Assembly: GCA_046753765.1 (NCBI GenBank)
Contig: JBHHUN010000005.1
Location: 4,430-68,429 of the forward strand
DNA from: Candidatus Dojkabacteria bacterium
GTDB lineage: Bacteria; Patescibacteriota; Dojkabacteria; B142; OLB20
Reading direction: 5' to 3'
Length of the DNA stretch: 64,000 nt
Below, piece by piece: positions 1-8,875 of the stretch (position 1 is its first letter; each line of letters starts with the position of its first letter). The notes below the pieces were generated by a model that saw only the letters and a list, made by a program, of their open reading frames with translations, was not told the origin of the DNA and searched no databases. A program made the translations under genes and the position numbers.

Positions 1-1954
1 CGCACTCTACTTCCTTGTTGTAAATACTGTAACCGATAAGAAAGAGTTGGCCAGAGTGTCGAAGCTTTGGATTGGTTCTGTGAGCCTGTTTGCGTTGTTT
101 GTAGTGTTGCAGTACTTCGGTCTCCTCAGCTGGCTATGGGAAGCTCTTAATTCGGGGGTAACAACAACAAATTACTCCGACGCATTTAATCCACTCGGTT
201 CAAACACTTTGACTCCGTTTGTGTTGTTGGCAACGCTTCCTCTGGTGCTGGGACAGCTCCTCGGAACTGACTCAACCAAGAAAAGAACTCTGCTGAGATT
301 TCTCGGAGGCACGAAGCTGTTCATTGTTGTTCTTGCTGTACTTCTGGCTGTTCAAAGAGCCGACAATTTGACTAAAGTATCGGCAATTGTTCTACTTGTT
401 CTGGTGTTAGGGGCGGCACTTTACGCATACCGTGAAAGAGTAAGAGTGTCTGTTGAAACCTCTGGGGGACTATTGTTGGCGGCCGCAGCATTTTTACTTG
501 TTTTCTTTATGCCAAGCTATGCGGGCAGTCTTAATGTGCCAGGGATCAATCACGATCCCATATTAGACAGCTCAATCGCCTGGGAGGTAACCTCAAGGGC
601 TCTTACTGCTGATGGTGTTAAAAGTTTTGCCTTTGGTTCTGGTCCTGAGACCTATGTCTATGATTTCACGAGACTTAAGCCGGTGGACTATAACAACAAC
701 GAGTTTTGGTCTGCAAGGTATTCCAACAACCCGATAGAGCTTCTTGATGTGTTTCAAGGCGTAGGCATAATTGGGGTTCTAGTGCTTCTGCTTTTGGCTT
801 ACAAGATCTTAAGGTTTGTTTTAAAACACTTTGGCTTTCCAGCGGTCAAACTGAGCAAGGGTAATGAAGAAATGTATCCATTTGCTCTATCGCTTAAGGT
901 TTCTCTGGTTGCGCTGTTAGTGACAAGTTTCTCTGTTGTTAACTGGGTGTTTCTGTTTCTGGCTTTGGCACTCATGATGAAGATGTTCTACCTTAACAAC
1001 TCTGCCGAGGCGAACGAAAACACTGTGGTACTCTCCTCAGCCAGGAAATCTAATGGTATTGACAGTGACGTTGTGTTTTTAGCGTTCAAGGTAGTTGTAG
1101 TTTTTGTGACCGGGGCAGGGGTGATACTTTTCCACAACTATTCCGCCGAAGTCTCTCTTAGAAATTCAATAAATTCACTTAGAGTAGGGGATTTTGATAC
1201 TGCGCTTTCTGAAGCCCGAAAGGCTGTAGACTTAGCGCCGAGTAAACCCCACCTTAGAAGAAATTTGGCACTTGTATCGCTACGGTCAACAGAGCCTGTT
1301 TTTGCACAGATCCAGCAGATGCAAGAGCAACCGACCCAGGAGGGACAGGAAGAGCAAGCCGCCCAGGACGTTCAGGCACAATTGCAATTTCTCTCCGCTC
1401 TGGTAAATCAATCTGTGAATGAAGTACAAAATGCAGTAAACCTGAACAGGTTCGATATAGAATCACAGGAGTCTTCTGCGCAGGTCTATGCTACAGCGCA
1501 TAACCTCTCTGGCGGAGCCCGATATGCAGAAGAAACACTAGTAGCCCTAAGAAACACTATTACAGTCGACCCCTTTAACCCCAACCACTATGTAAATCTG
1601 GGGCTGTTCCTGCAGAGTATTGGTAGAGACCAGGAGGCCGAAGCAGCGTTTATAAACGCCATACAATTAAGGCCAGATAATCCCCTTGCGGTTCTGGCTC
1701 TCGGATCTTTCCTCGAGTCGGCGGACCGACTGGATGAGGCGAGGCAGGTTTATGAAGTTACGCTTGGACTCGAAACAGTACAAGAGGGTTCTGCCTTTGC
1801 CAATGAGTTAAATGCCAGGCTGAAGACCCTCGGCCAAAATGGACTGAATCCTGACCAGGATGCGCTGCAAATTGGGGATGAGGGTGCCGGACAGGAGGAA
1901 GGCACGGAAGTCACTGCAACGCCTGACGGAGGCCAGGGGCCTATTAGCAACTAG
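1..1954 (+). CDS. Polytopic membrane protein (O-antigen ligase/Wzy_C-like) with C-terminal TPR repeats; 5'-truncated by window edge
   Basis: Frame is open from nt 2 (ALYFLVVNTVTDKKELARVS...). About 10 hydrophobic helices, FGSGPETY motif typical of O-antigen ligase-like proteins, TPR-like repeats (DPFNPNHYVNLG, RPDNPLAVLALG). Confidence 0.7.
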   Translation, partial: ALYFLVVNTVTDKKELARVSKLWIGSVSLFALFVVLQYFGLLSWLWEALNSGVTTTNYSDAFNPLGSNTLTPFVLLATLPLVLGQLLGTDSTKKRTLLRFLGGTKLFIVVLAVLLAVQRADNLTKVSAIVLLVLVLGAALYAYRERVRVSVETSGGLLLAAAAFLLVFFMPSYAGSLNVPGINHDPILDSSIAWEVTSRALTADGVKSFAFGSGPETYVYDFTRLKPVDYNNNEFWSARYSNNPIELLDVFQGVGIIGVLVLLLLAYKILRFVLKHFGFPAVKLSKGNEEMYPFALSLKVSLVALLVTSFSVVNWVFLFLALALMMKMFYLNNSAEANENTVVLSSARKSNGIDSDVVFLAFKVVVVFVTGAGVILFHNYSAEVSLRNSINSLRVGDFDTALSEARKAVDLAPSKPHLRRNLALVSLRSTEPVFAQIQQMQEQPTQEGQEEQAAQDVQAQLQFLSALVNQSVNEVQNAVNLNRFDIESQESSAQVYATAHNLSGGARYAEETLVALRNTITVDPFNPNHYVNLGLFLQSIGRDQEAEAAFINAIQLRPDNPLAVLALGSFLESADRLDEARQVYEVTLGLETVQEGSAFANELNARLKTLGQNGLNPDQDALQIGDEGAGQEEGTEVTATPDGGQGPISN

Positions 1955-2559
1955 AAGGCGTTTTTTCCATAAAGTTTGTTAACTTCTTTCCAGTTGAGGT
2001 TGCCTATATACGCATCTACATATGAACCCCTGTCGGGACCATAATCTTTGTAGTAGGCGTGTTCAAATACATCAAGTGCAATCAAGGGAACGGCTCCCCA
2101 GACAGCCCCATCGTGATGGAGGTCGCACAAGTAGTTCTCGAGCCGGCCTGTTATCGGGTTACCCGCAAGGATTGCCCAGCCGAGTGAAGCCATAGCGGTT
2201 GCCTTGAAATCCTGCACCCAGTTTTTCATCGATCCAAAATCCTCTGTGATCTTGTTAACTACAGGCAATGTCATATCTGCTTTACCGTCACCACCCATAT
2301 TTGCCCAGTAGATATTGTGCAGGATTATGCCGGAGAGGTTGAATGATTGCCGGCGTTTCAGTTCGCCGTACTGTGAGTAGTTTGCATTCGAGGCTTCTGT
2401 GTCTGCATCTGGAAGGGCATCTTCAATCTCATTAGCCTTCTTTACGTAACCTGCATGGTGCTTATCGTGATGCCACTCTACAACTTGCTTCGAGAGAACA
2501 TCTTTTACCTCATCAGGGTCATACGGTAACGTAGGAAGGGAGTAGGTCAGGTCAGCCAT
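1951..2559 (-). CDS. sod: Fe/Mn superoxide dismutase
   Basis: Motifs LPTLPY, WHHDKHHAGYV, ILHNIYW and DVFEHAYY supply the H,H,D,H metal ligands. Confidence 0.95.
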   Translation of the reverse strand: MADLTYSLPTLPYDPDEVKDVLSKQVVEWHHDKHHAGYVKKANEIEDALPDADTEASNANYSQYGELKRRQSFNLSGIILHNIYWANMGGDGKADMTLPVVNKITEDFGSMKNWVQDFKATAMASLGWAILAGNPITGRLENYLCDLHHDGAVWGAVPLIALDVFEHAYYKDYGPDRGSYVDAYIGNLNWKEVNKLYGKNAF

Positions 2560-2561
2560 TG

Positions 2562-2576
2562 TTTTTAATTTAAAAA
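2562..2576. promoter_or_regulatory. AT-rich palindrome TTTTTAA-T-TTAAAAA upstream of sod (candidate ArsR operator)
   Basis: Perfect inverted repeat between an extended -10 (TGcTAGTAT, minus strand 2591-2599) and the sod ATG. Low complexity, so weak. Confidence 0.3.
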
Positions 2577-2605
2577 ATTAGTACTACACAATACTAGCAC
2601 CCACC

Positions 2606-3241
2606 CTAGGGATTTTTCAAAAAGAAATTAGCAAGAAGCTGATTAAGTTGATTGATGTCGTCTTTTAGCACTTCTTCTGCCTCAGGGTTAACTCGCATAA
2701 ATATGTTTCCGTTCAATGCTGAGTAGGTCAGTTCGATGAGCTCACCGTGGCGAGCAGTCTCTCGTCGTAAATAGTAGCGCAGTGTGCCTGCAGAGCTTTT
2801 TAATTCCGTTGGACCAAGTAAACTGAATCCATGGAGACACATGTATTCAACTGCATTTTTAAACTCTTCAAGCTCAATAGCTCGGTTGATTCTAAGTGTC
2901 GGTTTAATCTTTCTCTCTCTGTCGATTCCCGACTTGAGTTTTTCGATTATGCCGCCCAAATTTTCCAGGAACTGTTTTTGTGGCAGAAGGTAGGTGAAAG
3001 ACCCTTTTCGTTCAGCCCTAACAAGGCCAGCCTGCTTTAGCTTTGAAACATGATGAGAAACCGTCGCCTGTGAGAGCTCGACTGACTTAGAGATAGAACT
3101 CACCGTGTTTTCAGCAAGAATGGGCTCTTCGTCGGTATCGTAGTATGAGGACTGAGAAAGAATTTTCATGAAGATCTTGAATCGGGTGGGATTAGAGAGC
3201 GCCTTCAGGTGACGCACAGAGCGGGCGATATCTATCTGCAT
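2606..3241 (-). CDS. ArsR/SmtB-family winged-HTH regulator with unknown ~100-aa C-terminal domain
   Basis: LKALSNPTRFKI...SQATVSHHVSKLKQAGLVRAERKG is an ArsR signature. ATG overlaps the lexA stop (TAATG). Confidence 0.85.
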   Translation of the reverse strand: MQIDIARSVRHLKALSNPTRFKIFMKILSQSSYYDTDEEPILAENTVSSISKSVELSQATVSHHVSKLKQAGLVRAERKGSFTYLLPQKQFLENLGGIIEKLKSGIDRERKIKPTLRINRAIELEEFKNAVEYMCLHGFSLLGPTELKSSAGTLRYYLRRETARHGELIELTYSALNGNIFMRVNPEAEEVLKDDINQLNQLLANFFLKNP

Positions 3242-3855
3242 TACTTGCCGAATCTTCTGATTAAAGTTACCAGGGCGCCAACAACACTGGCGTCTTTCAG
3301 GACACCAGTCGAGCTGCTTTCGCTCAGATCAAGAAAGGAGGGTTTTCCCTTTTCAAACTGGAACCTTTTAATGGCGGTGGTGGTTTTAGAAAGTTGGACT
3401 GTGACTATGTCTCCGTGCTCGGCCATCTTATTATCAACGAAGAGCAGCAGATCGTCCTCAAATATCTGATGTTCCCCCAGATCATCTGCTTCATTGATCA
3501 GGCCGAAGTAGCGACCCTCTTCACCAAGGAGCTCTCGATGAAGATGTGTGCTCTGAAATTTGTTGGATTTTAGAATTGAGTGGTTGCTGGTTACAGTCCC
3601 AAGGATGGGGATCTCAACTATCTCATTACTCTCAAGTGTCGGGTCTACAATGCGCATACTGCGGGCTTGGTTGATTTCTTTGTAAAGATATCCCTTCTCT
3701 TTGAGGTTTTGGATGTGCTCGTGGACTGTTGAGATCGCAGAAAGATTGAAATGTCTCTTGATATCCATTAGCGATGGTGCGTAACCCTGAATTTCACTGA
3801 ATACCTTAATGTAGTCGAGTACTTCTTTTTGTCGCTTTGTCAGAGTAGGGTACAT
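3241..3855 (-). CDS. lexA: LexA-family repressor, apparently non-cleavable
   Basis: N-terminal LTKRQKEVLDYI..GYAPS..STVHEHIQNLKEKGYL; C-terminal S24-like fold with IPILG, GDIV, IKR. Ala-Gly site and catalytic Ser are absent. Confidence 0.9.
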   Translation of the reverse strand: MYPTLTKRQKEVLDYIKVFSEIQGYAPSLMDIKRHFNLSAISTVHEHIQNLKEKGYLYKEINQARSMRIVDPTLESNEIVEIPILGTVTSNHSILKSNKFQSTHLHRELLGEEGRYFGLINEADDLGEHQIFEDDLLLFVDNKMAEHGDIVTVQLSKTTTAIKRFQFEKGKPSFLDLSESSSTGVLKDASVVGALVTLIRRFGK

Positions 3856-3861
3856 GAGATT

Positions 3862-3884
3862 ATTATAACCGAAGGTTGACCGAA
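3862..3884 (-). promoter_or_regulatory. lexA promoter -10 (TATAAT) and adjacent direct repeat TTCGG-N6-TTCGG (candidate LexA box)
   Basis: Minus strand reads TTCGG tcaacc TTCGG t TATAAT aatctc ATG; a third half-site TTCGC lies at 3888-3892. Confidence 0.75.
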
Positions 3885-3900
3885 ATAGCGAATAAAGTGG

Positions 3901-4896
3901 CTAGTTTTTTACAATTTTCCCGTTAATGATCTCCCACCGCGTAGTTGTGGACCTTAACTGCACAACCTTACCATTTATTGTAACTTTAGTTGTATCCGGG
4001 CGCGGTGTAAATACAATCAGTATTGCTGCGCTGTCAAATTCGAAGGATTCCCCCGGTTGGAATGTCTGTGCCTCTACAAGCTCACCATTTATTGTGATCT
4101 CGATGTACGCCTCTCGGTCAGAGATATCTACGCTTCCCTTCATTACGCGTACAACGTCAGGTGTGGAGGTGGGATCGGTGTCGGACCCGTTTTCTCCGGC
4201 AACATCTGCAGAAGCTTCCGGCTCCCTGAATATATTTAGTGTTAGTTCAGACTCCCTTCCAAATTGACTCTCTGCAATAAGTAGAAACTTGTTAAGCCCG
4301 TTTTGTAGCTCAAACTTTTCAGCGAAACGCTCGAAATTATTTGTTTGCAGCTCCTGCCCGTTGATAGTCAGCACAGCTCCGACTTCGACTTCGCCTTCAA
4401 TAAGTATCGAATCGTCTTCGGTTTTGATTGTCTCTTCCCCACCAGCTTCCAGGGCGATGGGCGTCGAGACGGTCAGAGTCGGTTCTTTAAAGATCCTGCC
4501 GATATAAGAGCCGATGTAGACAACTGTGAGAAGTAATGCTCCAATAAGCACCAGGGCGATTATTCTTCCGGGGGTGATAGTGAGATTTAGGTTTCTATCT
4601 ATAATCTTTTGGGACATCGAGATTACCGGTTCTTTGTTTTTGTAGTCACGCTCTCGTCTGTACATTGCAAGGGCACGCTCAATATTAACACTCAGAAACT
4701 TCGCGTAGTTTTTAAGAAATCCTTTTAGATAAACCTCTGAAGGAAAAACATCAAAATTGCCTTCCTCGAGTGCCTTCAGATATTCTGACCTGATCTTTGT
4801 GATCTCAGAGATCTGACTAAGCGAGAGTTTGCGCTCTCTTCGGCGCTCTTTAAGCAAATGCCCAATTGTTCTAAGTTGAAATGATGCGTTAACCAT
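3901..4896 (-). CDS. rodZ: RodZ-like protein (HTH_25 + TM + Ig-like + DUF4115-like)
   Basis: IGHLLKERR..SLSQISEITKIRSEYLKALEEG..YLKGFLKNYAKFL, single TM helix, extracellular beta domains. Confidence 0.8.
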   Translation of the reverse strand: MVNASFQLRTIGHLLKERRRERKLSLSQISEITKIRSEYLKALEEGNFDVFPSEVYLKGFLKNYAKFLSVNIERALAMYRRERDYKNKEPVISMSQKIIDRNLNLTITPGRIIALVLIGALLLTVVYIGSYIGRIFKEPTLTVSTPIALEAGGEETIKTEDDSILIEGEVEVGAVLTINGQELQTNNFERFAEKFELQNGLNKFLLIAESQFGRESELTLNIFREPEASADVAGENGSDTDPTSTPDVVRVMKGSVDISDREAYIEITINGELVEAQTFQPGESFEFDSAAILIVFTPRPDTTKVTINGKVVQLRSTTTRWEIINGKIVKN

Positions 4897-4962
4897 AGTG
4901 AAAAACAGAAGGCGGCGTGCAGTTCATAGGAAATTATAGCACCTCCGTATCAATACTGTGAA

Positions 4963-5070
4963 AGCCAGCTGTTGCCGTTGAAGAAATCGCGAACTTGATG
5001 AACTGTTCTGTAAACCGAAGGAGAAGCCTCCTGTGGACAGAGGACGCCCCGAGGTATGGCAGTTAAAGGT
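4963..5070 (+). ncRNA. Candidate structured RNA (rod with central bubble, 6S-like topology)
   Basis: Nested pairings found by eye: TGCCGT 4973-4978/ATGGCA 5056-5061; TCTGT 5007-5011/ACAGA 5037-5041; AGGAG 5019-5023/CTCCT 5028-5032. No covariance test possible. Confidence 0.25.
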
Positions 5071-5083
5071 CTGAGCGCTAAGG

Positions 5084-5221
5084 TTAAGATTTCCTACTGC
5101 GATCTGCCCCGACTTTCGCTTTGCGCTGGTAGAAATCCAGATGCTTTCTGATAATGAAATTAGACGGAGTCCGATAGCTCGGTTTGTCCTTTTTCGTTAT
5201 CTTTCGATAGCGATTCTGCAT
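5084..5221 (-). CDS. Small basic protein (45 aa), below the ORF-track cutoff
   Basis: MQNRYRKITKKDKPSYRTPSNFIIRKHLDFYQRKAKVGADRSRKS; ATG start, upstream AAGAGGT and AT-rich leader. Confidence 0.45.
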   Translation of the reverse strand: MQNRYRKITKKDKPSYRTPSNFIIRKHLDFYQRKAKVGADRSRKS

Positions 5222-5310
5222 ATTTTATTAAAGTACTACCTCTTTAAAACGGAAAACTTCGACACCGTTACATTAAAAGTTCAGAGAAGGTCTAACTAAA
5301 GGGGGAAGGG

Positions 5311-6270
5311 CTAGCTCCCTCTATGATCGGTGCACCCCGAGAAAGTGAAGGCGTATGCTTGAAAGTTACCACTCAAAGCTCTAATCCCGAGAGTTCCCCT
5401 AACTAGTTCGCTAGCCCTGATTAGGTTGTACATTGCGGGCTTTGAAACCATCAGTTGGCTGTGTTCATCAACGGTCTCTCCGCGGAATTTTTTAGGCAGT
5501 GGCTCGTCGTCAAGCGTCAGTTCTATCCTGCTGCTTCCATTGGTTGGATGAAGAACAAGATTTACTTCTGTGGCTTTGAAGTTTAAGAGTAGTTGGTTGT
5601 CTTCTCCAACAGACTGGACGTACTGTTTATTTGCAATAAATTTACCCGAAAGGGCGATTGTGTCATTGTCAATTTCCTCAGGGGCTTCGTAGGAATGCTC
5701 TGTGTCTTGCGCGTAATCCTGCCCGGAAGTGAGTCGTCCTCGACCATATCCAATATAGGTTTCTGGTGTTGCCGGAAAACAAAATGAGCCATGCTGGTGC
5801 TCTTCGATTTCCAGGTCTTCCTTTGTGGATTCTCCCTCCACCTCCCCTAAAAGCTCAATAATCTTTTTCTCGGTTTCTTTGTAGGAGCCTTCACCAAAGT
5901 GTTGGTAGACAATGTGTCCGTCTCTGTCTGCAAGGTACTTAGCTGGCCAGTATCGGTTGGCAAAATTATTCCAATTTGTGAAATCATTATCGAGCACCAC
6001 GGGCCATGTCACACCGAGATCGCGGACCGCCTGTTTGACATTATCCAGCTTTTTCTCAAATTCAAATTCAGGCGAATGGATGCCGATGATGACGAGTCCT
6101 GTATCTTTGTACTTCTCCCACCACCTGCGAATAAATGGGATCGTCCGTGCGCAGTTAACGCATGTATACGTCCAGAAATCAACAAGAACAACCTTTCCAA
6201 GAAGGTCGTGATGGCTTAGCGGCTTTGAGTTAAGCCATGTGTCTCCTGAGATTGCCGGTAGGTTGACCAT
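5311..6270 (-). CDS. DipZ-like redoxin (thioredoxin fold + C-terminal beta domain)
   Basis: GKVVLVDFWTYTCVNC, GIHSPEFEFEK, NRYWPAKYL, TPETYIGY, QAYAFTF motifs. Confidence 0.9.
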   Translation of the reverse strand: MVNLPAISGDTWLNSKPLSHHDLLGKVVLVDFWTYTCVNCARTIPFIRRWWEKYKDTGLVIIGIHSPEFEFEKKLDNVKQAVRDLGVTWPVVLDNDFTNWNNFANRYWPAKYLADRDGHIVYQHFGEGSYKETEKKIIELLGEVEGESTKEDLEIEEHQHGSFCFPATPETYIGYGRGRLTSGQDYAQDTEHSYEAPEEIDNDTIALSGKFIANKQYVQSVGEDNQLLLNFKATEVNLVLHPTNGSSRIELTLDDEPLPKKFRGETVDEHSQLMVSKPAMYNLIRASELVRGTLGIRALSGNFQAYAFTFSGCTDHRGS

Positions 6271-6328
6271 AGTTTATTCGCGACGTGATCTATCTAGGTT
6301 ATTGTAGCAGAAATCTGCTATCTGGGGA

Positions 6329-7057
6329 TTACCTTTTTGTAGATTGCATGGTTGCAACGAATTCAGGTACAAGAGCTTCAAGATCGCGAGATGTGACCGA
6401 GCTTCTTTCGATGGATCTGTAAGCGTTGAGTGCAGCTTCTAAGAATTGACGAGTGAACATTTTTTTCTCGCCATTTAGCAGCGCAATTGAATAAAGATTA
6501 ACAGCATTGATCAGTATGGTCCCTGGGTGATGCCAGGTGAACTCCGACACCGTTCCGTCTTCATTTGGGGACTGGAAAGCTACGTGGATAGGGCCACCGA
6601 TGTACAGTGTTCTCCAGATCGGTTGAACGACCTGACCTATTTCGGTGGTTGTCATAATTGGTATGCTCCCAGGCCTATGGTTCCGCGTAAGATCAATCTC
6701 CGATGTCAAAAGAACTCCGCCTTGCATTGGAATATTTCGCAAAGCCGCATTAATTGGGTCTACGTTATTGGCGTAGAATGCCCTTGTTGATTCGTCTGTA
6801 AATCCTTCAGGCAGACGGCTATGACTAAGTGCTGTGGTTGTTATCTCGCCAACTAAGTCAAGCGCTGCCTGATTATATATTTCAATCAGCTTGTATAGGC
6901 CTTTTTTAGTAACCTGATGGAGAACCCGCTGCATTATTCTCTGGTGAGGGAGCAGCTGCCTTGTCTCTCTGGTCACTCCATACACAGGTTCAGGACAAAT
7001 GCCCATCGATCCTAGTACATAAGGGATAGCGAGATCTGCTTCGTGGGTCGTATTCAT
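6329..7057 (-). CDS. Hypothetical protein
   Basis: 242-aa ORF in operon-like spacing; no recognisable motif. Confidence 0.6.
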   Translation of the reverse strand: MNTTHEADLAIPYVLGSMGICPEPVYGVTRETRQLLPHQRIMQRVLHQVTKKGLYKLIEIYNQAALDLVGEITTTALSHSRLPEGFTDESTRAFYANNVDPINAALRNIPMQGGVLLTSEIDLTRNHRPGSIPIMTTTEIGQVVQPIWRTLYIGGPIHVAFQSPNEDGTVSEFTWHHPGTILINAVNLYSIALLNGEKKMFTRQFLEAALNAYRSIERSSVTSRDLEALVPEFVATMQSTKR

Positions 7058-7071
7058 ATTACGCAGATAGC

Positions 7072-7665
7072 TTACCGGGAATACAACCCAATCAACTCAC
7101 TTTGAGCTAGAGTGTGTCCAACCATTGCCTCCAGCAGGTCAGTCTTTTTGACTGACGAGGGGAGATTTAGGTTTGTATCAAGGGCATACAGTTTAAATAC
7201 GTATCTATGTGTACCGCTTGGTGGGCAGGGACCACCGTAGCCGGCCGATCCGAAGCTGGTTGTCCCCTGGGTAGCCTCTGATGGAAAACTGTTCTCATCG
7301 ATTTGGACTGTCGCAGGGTCAATGTCCCAAAGTAACCAGTGCACCCAGTCTCCACCAGGAGCATCAGGGTCGTCTACAATTAATACAAGCGAAACGGCTT
7401 CTCCTAGCACGTCCGAAAAGGCGAGCGGGGGATTGATGTTCTCCCCGTCACAGCTGTACTTCACAGGGATCGGTTGATTATCTTCAAAGACTGTACTGGT
7501 GATCTTCATCTCACTGGGTACTGAAGTAATAATAGGGGTTGGGCTACCATTGCCGTTAAATTGCAGATCTCTTTCGTCCCGCCCAGCTTTTTGCAGCAAT
7601 CCAAGAAAAATGGCAATTCCCGCAATTATCAGGATGGCAACGATGATAAGGATTACCTTTCTCAT
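7072..7665 (-). CDS. YbhB/YbcL (PEBP) family protein, membrane-anchored
   Basis: DDPDAPGGDWVHW, YGGPCPPSGTHRYVFKLYALD; N-terminal TM. Confidence 0.92.
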   Translation of the reverse strand: MRKVILIIVAILIIAGIAIFLGLLQKAGRDERDLQFNGNGSPTPIITSVPSEMKITSTVFEDNQPIPVKYSCDGENINPPLAFSDVLGEAVSLVLIVDDPDAPGGDWVHWLLWDIDPATVQIDENSFPSEATQGTTSFGSAGYGGPCPPSGTHRYVFKLYALDTNLNLPSSVKKTDLLEAMVGHTLAQSELIGLYSR

Positions 7666-7759
7666 GGTTGTATTGTAGCGAAAAAAAGGTTTGTAGGTAA
7701 AGGGGAAATAGTGAGAGTGTGCTACAATGGGCTTATATAATACTTATATATAGATCTAC

Positions 7760-8113
7760 ATGGGAGACGAACAACCAAGCAAACTCCAACCAGGTACTAA
7801 TCTAAATAACTTGATGACCGCCCTTATGACCCAGGGGGACCCAGGCGATAACATCACTCTTGCTTACGAACAAGGCCGTTACAATCCTTGGCCCACTAAG
7901 GTAGAGTATATCCCTGGTGTTGACACGAGTATGTATTATCCTCTAAAGATACCAGTAAGCCTTTTGGATACAAATAAGTCCACAAGAGGTGGCGGGGCAG
8001 TGAGGTTTGACCCCAAGAATTTACAGCCAAATGATCGACTAAGGGTGAGACAGATCCCGCTACGAATAAAGTTTTCAGGTGGAGAACTACCCTATGTGGT
8101 TCAGGTTATATGA
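7760..8113 (+). CDS. Hypothetical protein (possibly 5' part of a frameshifted gene)
   Basis: 117-aa ORF with upstream -10 elements; ends where the next frame becomes protein-like. Confidence 0.5.
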   Translation: MGDEQPSKLQPGTNLNNLMTALMTQGDPGDNITLAYEQGRYNPWPTKVEYIPGVDTSMYYPLKIPVSLLDTNKSTRGGGAVRFDPKNLQPNDRLRVRQIPLRIKFSGGELPYVVQVI

Positions 8114-8342
8114 AATCCACGAAGACCAACATCCTGCAGGGAGGTTTACGAGCAATTTTGATGGTGCACAACAAATGAAAATCAAACAATTCGAACTGAA
8201 TCATGGTCATTTAAACGGGGCTGTGGCTCCCTCAGGCGGACCAATTAATATTCAATATATGGCTGCACAATTAAGGCAAAAAGGAAGGGCCAACATAACC
8301 GATAGGTCTTTTGGCGTACTTATCCCTGAGATGGAACTGTAA
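8079..8342 (+). CDS. Hypothetical protein (possibly 3' part of a frameshifted gene)
   Basis: 87-aa ORF with GTG start, overlapping the previous ORF by 35 nt. Confidence 0.4.
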   Translation: MENYPMWFRLYEIHEDQHPAGRFTSNFDGAQQMKIKQFELNHGHLNGAVAPSGGPINIQYMAAQLRQKGRANITDRSFGVLIPEMEL

Positions 8343-8383
8343 AGACATGAGGGCCTGATAGTGGTAGGGTAAAATACTAAACC

Positions 8384-8845
8384 ATGGCAACGACACCTGA
8401 AGACTCCCCACAACAAGACCCGCTCAAAGTCCAGGCAACCACTATTGTCTACGCAATATTGGCTGCAGCAAAAGGACGAAGGCTATATGAGGTTACTGAC
8501 ACACGCATGAACACACTTAATTACTTCCAAAGTAGAATTAAAGGTGATTGTACACTTGCTCAAAACAGGGGATGGATCAAAGAAGAAGACTGGGATGGTG
8601 TTTTTGTGAGCCAGGTAGATCAAAGATTTCTCTCAGGACCACAAACAAGGGCTGCCTTGGCAATTATGAAACGAAGATGGTTTGAAAATTCAGTCATTAG
8701 GAGAAGACAAATAAACGAAGGGCTGGTAAGGGCAGATCTTTATGATACCGCACTCGAAATGATCAGTTCCCTGAACGGTGGGCACGATTTTAGCTTGGAA
8801 GAGGATCTTCTCACTGATCAATTTTACGCGACACTTGAACCATGA
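8384..8845 (+). CDS. Hypothetical protein
   Basis: 153-aa ORF; TAAAAT 8 nt upstream of the ATG. Confidence 0.6.
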   Translation: MATTPEDSPQQDPLKVQATTIVYAILAAAKGRRLYEVTDTRMNTLNYFQSRIKGDCTLAQNRGWIKEEDWDGVFVSQVDQRFLSGPQTRAALAIMKRRWFENSVIRRRQINEGLVRADLYDTALEMISSLNGGHDFSLEEDLLTDQFYATLEP

Positions 8846-8875
8846 TAGGCCCAGTCAGCTCCTGAAAAGGTGTGA

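Noticed and set aside
4900-5200. RNase P RNA or tmRNA (ACAGAAGGCGGC at ~4905; GCGAAAGTCGGGG on the minus strand at ~5107-5119)
   Set aside because: The two P4-like halves are on opposite strands and cannot pair; no tmRNA termini present.
8111-8113. UGA recoding (genetic code 25)
   Set aside because: TGA terminates normal genes (for example 16844), no conserved gene is interrupted by TGA, and read-through here meets further stops.
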